Assembly (NCBI GenBank): GCA_905178155.1
Contig: CAJINV010000005.1
Coordinates: 7,934,515 to 7,998,514 of the forward strand
Direction of reading: 5' to 3'
Origin: Amoebophrya sp. A120
Lineage: Eukaryota; Protista; Dinoflagellata
Length of the DNA stretch: 64,000 nucleotides
Positions 35,484-46,800 of the stretch are shown in pieces (the stretch's first letter is position 1; each line of letters begins with the position of its first letter). The notes beneath the pieces are model-generated. The model made no database searches. It saw only the letters and a list, made by a program, of their open reading frames with translations, and was not told the DNA's origin. The translations under genes and the position numbers were made by a program.

Positions 35484-36290
35484 GAGCAGAGGACGCTGCA
35501 TTCTTTTCTTTCTGTGCGGTCCTGCCTCTTCGAAAAGAGCACGAGGGTGGATAATCATTCAACATTGACTATAATTCCCTCACTGAAATAAATCAGATAA
35601 AGTAAAACTGAAAAAACTCTTACCCTCACAGAAACTCCTCTCTTCTTCAAAGTCTTGGTCTTCTTACAACCGCACTCTCGATGAAAACCATTTCCTGCTC
35701 TACTCCTCGATCTATCAAGAATTTCAATTTTTATTTACACTCTACTATTATAATTATCCGGACGCCACATGATCTCCGCTCGTTGTAGCACAACTTTCTT
35801 CTTCTTTATTTTGCACGGCGCCACCTGCAGTATTGTGGCACCAGCAGTTGGAGCTTCTAGCAGCTGCCTACTTCTTCCCCGTACGTCTTGCTGCTGTTTC
35901 CTGGCTTTTTCTGAGGAGCTGCTGTAGATGAACAGTTGTTTTAGTACGTGCTCCTCAAAGTAGAACAGCGTTCCTTGCCGGATGCGAATAAAATCCGCAG
36001 GAACTCCACGCATCTAGCAAGGAGGAGCCTGTGTGTCCCTTACAGGGGCGGGCGTCATCAAGCACGCCGACAATCTTGATTCCTTGTTCCTGATGGCAGC
36101 ATTAATTCGCTTTTCGCTTTATATTAAGCGTCGTGTCAATTTTACCAAGGTTTTTCGATATGAAGCAGCTTCTGCTGGACTTCACATCGTGCATCCTGCC
36201 CTCTAGCGGATGCCACTGCCTGGCTACCAGGAGCCTTAATAATAATATCATACAAAATTTCTTATATTAGGTTTATTAGTGTCTGGCGCC

Positions 36291-37166
36291 AGCCAAGGGA
36301 GTACAGCGCAACTTTCCAAGGGAGTCAAGGGAGTAAGTTAAAAAAGCAGTCGCGCGTGCCAATGCGATCGGCATAATTATAGCAAAAATTCTTCGCGGCG
36401 CGCGCTGCGCGCGCGCGGCTCGACATCTGTGCGCACATCACAAAAATTTTTCGGGCCGCGCGCTGCGCGCGCGCGGCGAGGCACGTGCAGCATGTAGGAC
36501 ATGCGCCCACGTGTGGGAATGTTGCGACGCATCAATGCGAAGCATCAATGCGAAGCATCAATGCGAAGCATCAGTGCGAAGCATCAATGCGAAGCAGGCT
36601 AGAAAGATATGCCACGCGTGTGAGCTTCAAACTTACGGCGCGTTCTGACGGCCACTGCAACTCTTTCCCGATTGGAGAAAGTCGAAGTGGCCGCTTCAAC
36701 ATTTCCACTGCGTTCGTGTTCTCTGTTCGGCATGACGTTGAATCTGGTCACGCAGAACCTCGCGCGAAAGATCTCGACAAGCAAACTGCTGAAGTGGCTG
36801 CCTCAACTTCCCCTGGACAGCGGAAACTTGACATGGCCACGGCAACAGTTTACGCGTTCCTTCGGCTCCACGCTCTATGTTGCCAGGCAGAGGCCCGGCC
36901 GCCCCGGCGACTTCTGTTGACGGGGGCGACTCTAGAAGCCCTCACCTTCTTCAAGAGGCCAGGGCCTTCGTCAGCGAGCTAATGCCTAAACGCGGCCAAA
37001 CCGCGGGCCGCAGCGGGGGGGGGGGGGCAGCAGGGCCCAAACCGGTGCCCGGTAAGTGCGCCCATAGCATGCATTTTTGCGATGATTTTAGGGGAGGCAA
37101 TTTGTGCAAGTTTTATCTTCCTCCCTTGGCTCCCTTGACTCCCTTCGAAGTTTCACTCCCTTGCCT
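36291..37166. mobile_element. Putative foldback/MITE-like element with AAGGGAG-repeat termini
   Basis: Left AGCCAAGGGAGT..CCAAGGGAGTCAAGGGAG; right CTCCCTTGGCTCCCTTGACTCCCTT..ACTCCCTTGCCT; no TSD seen. Confidence 0.5.
36529..36596. repeat. 13-bp tandem repeat (GCATCAATGCGAA)x5
   Basis: Directly visible; one unit has a substitution. Confidence 0.92.
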
Positions 37167-38081
37167 ATAAAATACTCTATATATATTGTGAGCGAATAGA
37201 TACCCCTGCGAGGGGGTCACTTGTGCTTTAGCCTGTTGTTTTCGGTTCAACTGTTGCTCTCTAGGTTGTTTAGCTGTTGTTTTTGTACACAACGTCCGAC
37301 CGACGGACTGTGTAAGAACGGCCGCAACCACTTTGCGACTCAGCGAGACAGCATAAGGCTTAGGAGTTCTCTTCAGGCCTAAGTTGTCGCGTTCTTATGT
37401 TTTGGCATCTTCAGCTTCTTGTTGTAGTTGATGCCGCTCACAAAAAAGAAAGATCTCAATTTCATCATCATCATTTATCCTGCACTAGGGGGGGGGGGCG
37501 TGCGGAGGTTTGGGTTCGAATTCGTTCACGGAGGTTCGAATTTCATAAAAATATCCAGCACAGCACGGACGGCTGGGTCATGTAGTGCCTGGACCGAGTA
37601 TCAGCGGGTAAGAATACTTGTTAAGAAGTGCGTCAGCTTGTACATCATAGTAAGTAGTACATGATCTACATACTCGCACAGCCTGCGCGTTTCTCGTCTT
37701 ACTCGTTCCCAGTGAGTACTCCAAATCTTGATTTGTTTTTCTATAGTTTTCAACGATCGTTTGAAAACTTTTCAAATTTGTTCGAAAATAAAGTGTATGT
37801 CTTATACTGATTCTTAGTGTGGTCTACCGCGTAACGAGTGTAATCGGTCGTGTGTGGGGGAGTTCCCTCTCTTTTTAAAAGAGCACGCACACGACTTCTT
37901 CAGGATCAGGTGTTGTCAGCTAGTACATACTCATACTGTAACTCGAGTTCTCCTTTTTCCTCCTACTACTACTTCGTTCGTGTGTATAATTCTATAGATC
38001 ACTCTTTACCCTCTACCTTCTCTTCTTACGTCAAGAGTTCTTGCGTGATCTCGTCCTGGCGAAACAAATCTACCTTCGCTT

Positions 38082-39819
38082 TTAAGAAACAATTGGCAGT
38101 CGGCTTTGCTCGTCAATAAGAATCTGCACCTGCGCTGGCGGAGAGGACGTAGGAGAAGCTGGAGCCGCCCGCCCTTGCGTAGCGGCAGGACACTGCCTCT
38201 GCAGTTGTTGTACCTCCAATGATGTGAGCTTCTTTGGCAGAGCCAAGCTGTGCCTTTGATTCCACTTGCGCGCCGGTCCTTTGCCCGGCAATGGGCCCGA
38301 CTTAAAAATCTGCATGATCTCGTTTTTCACCAGCTCGGTGAGTTTTTGGCTCCAAAAGTCGATAGTCCACCCGTTTTCAACACCGTCGAGACCACGAATG
38401 CCCTGCTTTTCCAGCCAAACCAAATAAGCTTTCCAAAGCTCTTCCTTCTGGCTTGCACACAGATGCTGTGAGAGGTTAAATTTGCGGTGCGCCTTGTGTA
38501 GCGCATCCGCGACCGCGCGGCTGGGCTGAAACCTATCAAATGCAAATATGTCTGGGTCTGGAAGAACCATGCTGCTTTTGCATGACGCAGAAGGTCTGGC
38601 ATGGAAGCTCTAGCAGCAAAGGTTTCGAGAAGCTTCCGCAATGCCGAATCCGCATGACAAAAGCCCCATTTTCGTGACAGAATGTGGGCAGCTTTTGCTG
38701 GCTATGCGTGAGAGATTTTTATGTGTTGTGAAATGCGCATCACAAGTTGGCATTCTTCCAGACCCAGACTACATAGTTGCAATGCATAAAACCAATACTT
38801 TGCCCACTCTTGCGCAGCATCCAGGTCCATGGACGCATTGATGCTCTCCCTCTGAGGGTCATCGCGCATATCGATGGGCATATCGATGTCCTTCATTTTC
38901 TCCCAGATTTGTTCGTAGTTTACCCCAAACCGGGCTTGGTCAGGATTTCCCCGCACCGCATCCACAAAGGCTTGCTGGCCTGGCTTCCCAAAAAATTTCT
39001 TGGAAGACGCCCCGGGCGTGAGCTTGAGCGCACCATACCGGTACCGAAAAATCACCCGGTTTACTTATCCAGTGTAAACACAAACATCCGCACCCAATGT
39101 TTATTGGCATGCAAATCTGCATGCCTAAATTGTTTCTCACGCGCGACTCCAACGTGAGTGGCATTTTTTGCTAGTGCTGTTTCGAAATCATTTAGCGCCG
39201 CGCTACTTACAATCAGGGTCAGCTGAAGATCCATTTCGTTTTGTGATGCTGCTGCACTAGTAGCTAAACACGGCTTCTACACAAGAAACCCAAGGTGCGT
39301 GTCATGCGCTACAGCCAAAACTTCTCGGTTCGTGTCGCAATGAATCTGCCATCTTCTTGACTTTGGGGTGGGAACGTTTTTCCTCAGGGTATCACTGCCG
39401 CCCTGTACAATCCTGCTGCCGCTGCCTCTGCTCTACGACCGCGTACTAACGCCCTCTTCCCGTCCGCGCCACCCAGCAGCGACCCCGACAGGAAAAACGC
39501 ACACAAATACAGATATCAACGGCAAATATCAATGGATGTCTGGAAACTTGTCATGCGGGTTGGACAGTGATGAGGGCGCCGGCCTCGATGGACAGCGAAG
39601 CATGAGAAGTTTTCGAGTCGCTAGTACTATGTGTTGCCCATTCTGCATCGCAAGGCGCGGTCTTTCTGCATGACAGCAAAGAAACTGGGGCGTTCGGGTA
39701 CTTAAAAAAACGCACATGACAGACTTGAGACTTCTCATGCTGACCGAGCGAACATGACAAACCTGGCATACTTCCAGACCCAGATCTTCGATATTTGCAA
39801 TGCATAACCCGACCAGCAT
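38082..39819 (-). CDS. Hypothetical secreted protein, 4 exons
   Basis: In-frame joins across elements at 39514, 39066 and 38534. Signal-like MLVxYLCAFFLSGSLLGGADG, then ORFs 38702-39055 and 38082-38570. No known domain. Confidence 0.7.
38534..38788. mobile_element. Introner family A
   Basis: TIR; flanks AAACC/AAACC. Confidence 0.92.
39066..39391. mobile_element. Introner family B, diverged
   Basis: Eroded TIR; flanks TTACT/TCACT. Confidence 0.8.
39514..39806. mobile_element. Introner family A, diverged
   Basis: Eroded TIR; flanks ACAGA/ACCCG (2/5); removal plus 5 nt restores frame. Confidence 0.75.
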
Positions 39820-40063
39820 CACAATAGTTGTGCTGCGCGGCCAGGGAGAGCAGCAGTGTGGCAAAAACCGATCATGATCCTTGTACGAAAAGATAATTAT
39901 TCCTCTGACTGTGGAGTTATACAAGGAGTCGGTAAAAAAATAAACTGAGTACTATGCTAGAAGAACAACCCAGGCGAATTTTTCATCAAAAAGGAGCGAC
40001 GGCACAATTAGAGGTGTTTCGGGACAATTCCTATACTATACGAAAAGAGCAGCGTGAATTATC

Positions 40064-41022
40064 AGGGGAGGGGGAGGGGGGGGGACCCCCGGGGTCCGGG
40101 GGAGGGGAGGGGGAGGGGGGGGGACCCCCGGGTCCGGGGGGTTCCCCGGGGTCCGGGGGGGGTGCCCGGGGTCGCGGGGGCCGGGGAGAACCCCGCCTCC
40201 CGAAGGGAAGACCCCGCGTCCCTTTCTCGAGGAAGGGGGACCCGAGCCCGGGTCGGGGATCCAAAACCCCTCCTCCTCCTGTGGAACACGGATTTTGCAT
40301 CGGCAGCCTCCGCCTGTGAAACAGTACGCCGCACTTAGCCTTTTTATTTTACCGCAAAGCGCCTGGGAACTCCAGGTTAGAAGTCATCTTTCTACCGGGA
40401 CTCTCCCGTGCCCTTTAGGCACAAACCCCACGGAATCCCAGCAATGCCGCCTGATTCCTGCTTCCGCACCGGTGGGACCGCCTTTTATCGCATTTCCCCC
40501 CGTTTTCGCCTGCTTTTATAGCGTTTTTCTCTGTTTCCATCTCCTTGCCCCTCTGCGCCCTTNGAATTCTACTACCAGCTTCCTCCTCTGCAGCAGTACG
40601 CCGTAGACGGCATACCAGAAATCCCCTGGAAACCTCCTCATGTCCGGAGAATTCCTTCTCCCGTTCGGAACAAACCCAACGAATTCTCCTCAATGTTTCT
40701 GCTTCCGCTTTTCTCTCTACCTCTCTGCCCTGGCATGCCCGTCTTTTTTCGCATTTCCCCCCGTTTCCCCCCTGCTGCTCACCCCTCTTTAAAGCGTTTT
40801 CCCCTGTTTCCACCTCTTTGCCCCTCTTCTCCCTTTCCTTTTCGCCCTTTGCTGCTGTCTCTCCTTCGCTTTGGCACCGCCTTCCCGGCTCCCCCCCTCC
40901 TTCGACCTTGCTGCCCTTCCCCCCCCCTCTTTCCGGCTCCCACCCTCTTTTCTGCGTCCCCCCTCCCCCGCTCGCTCCCTTCCCCTTTCCCTCCTTTCCC
41001 ACTCCCCTCCTTCCCCTGCTCT
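40064..41022. repeat. G-run block, diverged ~270-bp duplication and long polypyrimidine tract
   Basis: GGGGAGGGGGAGGGGGGGGACCCCCGGG twice at 40064-40140; similar units at ~40303-40560 and ~40575-40830; C/T-rich to 41022. Confidence 0.7.
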
Positions 41023-41590
41023 AGAGTCTGTGGCCTTTGCTACAGCAAGCGGCACGGCTGCGATCGTGTACAAATACTGCGGTCACACGGATAACAGCTA
41101 GTAAATAGTACAAGAATAGTATCACGACGACTTCGCTTTTCTCGAGCACAGCTTCGACATTGGTCAGAATGGTGTCTGATGACCCACCCGAGAATAATTT
41201 TCTCGTCGATCAACAGAAAATAAATACCGACAAAGCAATAGTGGACAGCGTGAGGCAGAGAACAAAGAGCAATACAATATGGATGCTTTATCCGATGTAA
41301 ACGCAGGTCATCTCTGTTGAACATTTTTTTTTTCTAAGCGGATTTCTCAAGCACTGGACGCTCGACCCAAGGCCGGCCCTGGCAGAATCTGGCTTCATTT
41401 CCAAATCTCTATTCTTTTCCATAAAAAAAAAATAAGGCAAATGACATTGATTTTGGACTCGTTTCTTGTTTCTCACAACTAATCATAATCATGATGCTCC
41501 ACTTGATATTCCTGTACTACCTCCGAATCAAGCCGATACTTATGATCACCTCTGTCATCACAAGAAAATCAATTGCCTAAAGTTCATTTA

Positions 41591-41837
41591 TATGGATTGT
41601 AAAAGTGTCTGGGTCTGGAAACTTGTAATGCAAGTGAATGATAGACGCACTGCAATACGCAGCTATGCATGACAATAATTTGGCTGCCATGTCTTACGTA
41701 TTCCGCATGGCAAGCTGCCTTTTTGCATGACAGGTAAGAGGACTTTTTCGTGCCTATGCAACACAGATTCTCGAGTCATGACAGACAAGCATGACAAACT
41801 TGCATTCTTCCAGACCCAGACATTTTTACATTTGATA
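41591..41837. mobile_element. Introner family A outside any recognised CDS
   Basis: TIR; flanks ATTTA/ATTTC. Confidence 0.9.
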
Positions 41838-43826
41838 ATTTCCAACAGCTCACAATTGTTGGTCTCCGACGCGCCCTCCAACAGCCTCGAGCATGATAAG
41901 CAGGGGACAACTATCGTAGCTTGATCTGTCGCATCTGCGATTTTTCTTCACCACACGCAGAGGTTCCTCCGCCTTACAACAACTCTATCGTGCTCGAGAA
42001 CGGAACCACGCAAAGCCGACTAGAAAAGAAAATTGAAATCAATCATTCAATTTTTTGTGCCCGGCTGCGCCCGTGGCCGATCACCATATGCGGACCACGT
42101 CCCAAATATTTCTTGCCGATGATTCTGTGTGCAGGTACTAAAAAAAGTTGTTGTGATTCTCTGTGATAAAATTATAGCACCTGAAAATCTTTTTCACGAC
42201 AGCTGTGCGCTGTAAAGCTTTTGTAAATGTTCGTATAAAAAAAGAGAAATAAAATTGAAGCCAATGATATGGCAAAAAAGTTCGCGGAAGAAAAATATTT
42301 GTACTTTTTTGATCGAAGTTATGCCGTCGACCAAAAAATGCTTTAGAGAGAGAAACTGATTGCTAGCTCGTGGAAAAAAGTACTTCTTCTAGAGAAGTCA
42401 GTTTAAAAATGTGCTGGGCGATTTTTAATATTGACAACAGTAAGGTCGTTCTTGTTCCTGTGCACGGGAAATCGAAATAAGAAGCAAATAAAAATCAAAT
42501 GAAACTCTAAACCTGAAAACCTCTAAACCAAAAACAAGTTCGCGAATTATTGTAAAAGCGCAGTTTCCTTTGTGATGCATATGTTTTTGCACTGGTCCTT
42601 GAACGCTGTTCAGCTCAATGCTTCCGCCTTGGAAACATTTTGCCCTCGCATTAAATCATAGTGAGAAACTGAAACAATCAGAAGGCGATGAAATGGTAGG
42701 CTTTACCTAGTAGGCCTGTTGCTGAGAAAAAGCAAGCAGGTTTTTAAGAAGGCACTTCTGCGCAGTTGTGGTACTTCCATAGATCATCGGAGTGGAAAAT
42801 GAAAAACCACATTTTTCCGAATTCATAGGAGTGGTGGATTAGTAGTTCTAGTTCTCGGCTAGGAAAAACGGCAGCGGGACAGGGTAAAATTTTCAATTGC
42901 ATCTAGCAAACTAAAACCCAACATTTATTTTCGGGAAGTCGGACACTGTGCGTGCTATAATCCGTACATCTTCAAAATCGTGTATGGAATAAACTCATAT
43001 ACTGTACTACTTATCCCGATATTTTTGGTACTACTACACCCTGTCGCAGCTGCTGTGCAGGTGCGGGTGGCATGGAAACTATATTCAAGTTCATTTGTGG
43101 TCCACGTTGAAAATGTTATGAAATTCCAAAAGTGCTGGAGTGAACTGAACCTTTCCAGTCGAAGCTTCTCCTGGCGACATGATGTTGAAAGGGTGTCATA
43201 CATTTAGAAGTACTAGCATGTAAAAACAGCACTCCTTGACGCTGTCGTTGGTGGATGAAATCTTTGCATTGAACATGAGAAAGTAGTTCTTGCCGAAAAT
43301 AAAAACGATGGATGCTAAAACATTAAAAAAAGGATGTTGAATCATATTCACGGGTAGTTTTTAGCCAGAGCCTCCCTTTACATTTCGTGGTAGAGAAGTA
43401 CTGTATCAAGCATTAATTTTTTTGCAACATCCACCTATCCAAACTGCTGAGCGAAGCGCGAAGGTTATAATAGCTTTGCGAGTCAACTCTGCTGATGCAG
43501 TTTTCTGCTCATGTTCTCTTGATAATAAATCGTAGTACCGGATGTTGAAGGCTCTTCTTGAAGTGTCCGATTATCAACGCGTCGATCTATAGAAAAATAG
43601 AATTCTTATTCTATCTGTTTGTCGTGTTTGGATTCTTCATCTACTGCGTAGGAGAAATAAACAAAAATTGAAACGGTCGTGTCTGTAAATTTTAGATTTG
43701 ACAAGACCATCAGGCTAGTTGTTTTAATAGCCTTAGGCTCTGCAATGGTGATGAAAGAATATCTATCAAAGTTCTTGGAAACAGAAAGTTTCTATGCCCT
43801 GAATCGATGTTGTAGCATCCCGAAAT

Positions 43827-46800
43827 TTACTTCGCCTCGATCCGGATTTCGTCATGGACGTGCTTGTATGCATTGCAAATATCCACGGATCATGTCTGGA
43901 AAGATGCGAGCTTGTGATGCGCATTTCACATCACACAAAAATCTGTCATGCATGGAAGCCAACACTTGCACAAATTCAGGCCACTGAAAGAAGGGCTTAT
44001 TTGTCATGCGGATTACAACGCATTAAGACATCTACTCACTTGTTCTCGAAACCTGTGAAGATGCTTATGCTAGGGCGTCGTGCATGGTAGACCTTGTGGG
44101 TCATGATGCCAAAGCTGCATGATCACAAACCTTTGCATTCTTCCAGGTCGTGTCCAGACATTATATTTATGCATTTGATAGCTTACCCGAGTCCCGCACG
44201 TCCCACAGGTCACCGGCCAAGCCAAGGTAGTAATCCCACACAGCTGTTTTGACAATTTTTTCGTGTGGTAGTTTCGTACTTATCTTTCGCACCACGACTC
44301 TGAGGACGCACGACTTTGAATTTCATCTGTTCCGAAATGAACCACTGCATCAGATAATTCACCAGACAACAAATCTTGTTTATCCCTGTCGTAGTACTAC
44401 ACATTGACCAGTACTAGATCTTTGCATTCAATACCGTTCTACCACAACAACTTGTGGGCGACGGGCACCCGTTTTGCAAAAATCACGAGATCAACATCTT
44501 CTTTATCATGACGTCGATTTCAATGAAGTACTACTAGACGATGAAAATGAAACATCATATTAAATAAAAATGTATTCTACTCTACCGGCGACGTTTTGCG
44601 ACACCTTCTCGCGGTACTTTTTCTATCCTGAGCAAAAACGTCCCCACTCCAGAGTCAAGATGGGGATTTCGCAACACAAACGTGGAAGTTTTTGGAGTCA
44701 CGCCTGACAAGTTAAAGTCCGTAGAGTAGTGCAAGTTAGCAAGGACAGCCGCATTACAAATCCACCGGCTGATCCAGTTTACAGCATTACAAATTCCAAA
44801 ACACGCCTGGAAATTCCCATCATGGGGATGCGCATGACAAATGTTTTTGTCATTGCAAATCTGCATGACACCTCTGGGGTGGCGAAGGTTTTACAGAGGA
44901 TATTTTCATGTTCATGTTCACGTCCTGCATGCCCTGCATGAACCCCACCAAGTCCTTGGACGAGTGCCAGCTGCACAGGGTTATCAAATGCAAAAATGTC
45001 TGGGTCTGGAAGATTGCCAGGTTTGTCATGCATTTTTCCCATGAGGCCTGATGCCTGTAATGCATGTTCTAGCAACACAGATTTTTAGAGGGCTTCCTAA
45101 TGCCTGTTCCGCATGAGAAATACCCTCTCCGCGTAACACAAACTGGAGTCCTGTTGCTGGTCATGCAATACAGATTTTTTTGGAATCCAAAGACAGCATT
45201 ACAAGTTGCAATCTTCCAGACCCAGACATTTTTGCAATCCATATGGGTCATCAGTTCCTCATGAGACTCGGGATCCATCGTTCGGCCCATCGGGTGTCCC
45301 ATCATTTCCGCAGTGGTCGCGTCGAAGGAGACCTTCTCGTACGGGTGCGCCGTGTCTTTGTTCTGCACCAGAAACGGCTGGACCCAGGGCCCGGTTTCCT
45401 GGCACACCGCGGACTTCCCGCGGTTGTAGAGGAGATACGCGACCTGGAATAATTAGAAGATTTGTCTTGCAAAAATACTATCAGGCAATAGGTTTGCATT
45501 GCGCAAATACTATCAGGCAATAGGTTTGCATTGCAAAAATGCAAACTATCATGAGTTGTGATCGTTGCCAGAACTTTAACTTTTGTCTTGTTGTTGAACA
45601 ATTATAGTACCTCGTAGCAGACCGCGTTCTCGTTGAACTTCGTCAACTTATACTCTTTGAAATCCACCTCATCGTCATTCACGATATCTCCCAGACTGAA
45701 CCCCACAACTACCGCCGGACACAGCTTCTATCAGAGTGAAACGCCCCGCGTCCCCATATCAAAAGCGGAAGTTTGTGATGCGATTTGTGGTCACCTATCG
45801 ACTTGTACTATTGCTAGAAGGCCAACAAGAAACGCAGTCGCGGCCTCGTTTGCAGGCAATTTGTGCTGCTGTTTCCCCCTTCCACCTGCCTCCTGTGAAG
45901 CTGAAAACGCAAGGCTTTAATATTCCCACGCCGCCCAGCACTACAGTGTCTACATCTTTCCCTTCTAGCATGACAAAATGATTTGTGTACACAAATCCCG
46001 CATCACAGACTTCAATTTTGATTTCATTGATACATTTTGACAATCACAGGGAAGGGGGATTTCATTGTGATAGCTTCGGGAAGTTCTTCATCTCCTCAGA
46101 CCACCGGTCGCCGAGAGTTTTCTTCTTGAGTTATCAACTGTAAAAATGTCTGGGTCTGGAAGAATCCAACAAAACTTGTCATGCTGATTTTGGATGCTAA
46201 AAAAAAATTGTATTGCATGAGCAGCAAAGAGAGTCCAAGTTTTGCTACACGGAAAGCGCATTTGTCATGCGGTATAGGCATCAGGAAGCCCTCACAAAAT
46301 CTGTGATGCTAGGGCATGCATCACAGACATCAGGAGTCATGCAAAATGTGCATGACAAACCTGGCAATCTTCCAGACCCAGACATTTTTACATTTGATAT
46401 GAGTTTCACAAACACCACGTCCCCCAGCATGAAGGGTATCAAATGCAAAAATGTCTGGGTCTGGAAGAATGCAACTTGTAATGCGTATTTCAGAACACAG
46501 AAAAGCCTCTCATGCTTACGTAGCAAAAGCTCCAACTTTTTGTCAGCAAAATAGGTGACTTGTCATGCGGATTCGGCATTGCGGAAGGTTCTCGAAACCT
46601 GTGATGCTAGAGCTTCCATGCCAGACCTTCTGTGTCATGCAAAAACAGCATGACTCTTCCAGACCCAGACATTTTTACATTTGATAAAGGGCATCTTCGC
46701 CCGGTTCTTTTTGAGGAAGTCAAAAGTGCACTCCCCGCAGTAGTACGGCGCGGTCTCTTTCAACGGCTCTATTACAATGAAAAATGCCTCCACCCCACAC

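Noticed and set aside
35735-36982. ORFs 35735-36013 (-) and 36485-36982 (+)
   Set aside because: No recognisable domain, no supporting exon chain, and the second overlaps tandem repeats.
45475-45535. ~30-bp tandem duplication inside GT-AG intron 45444-45610
   Set aside because: A simple local slippage with no further structure.
46132-46399. Strict helical periodicity of the TGTnATGC motif
   Set aside because: Spacings of 32, 54, 39, 16 and 32 bp are not convincingly phased by eye. This needs autocorrelation over many copies.
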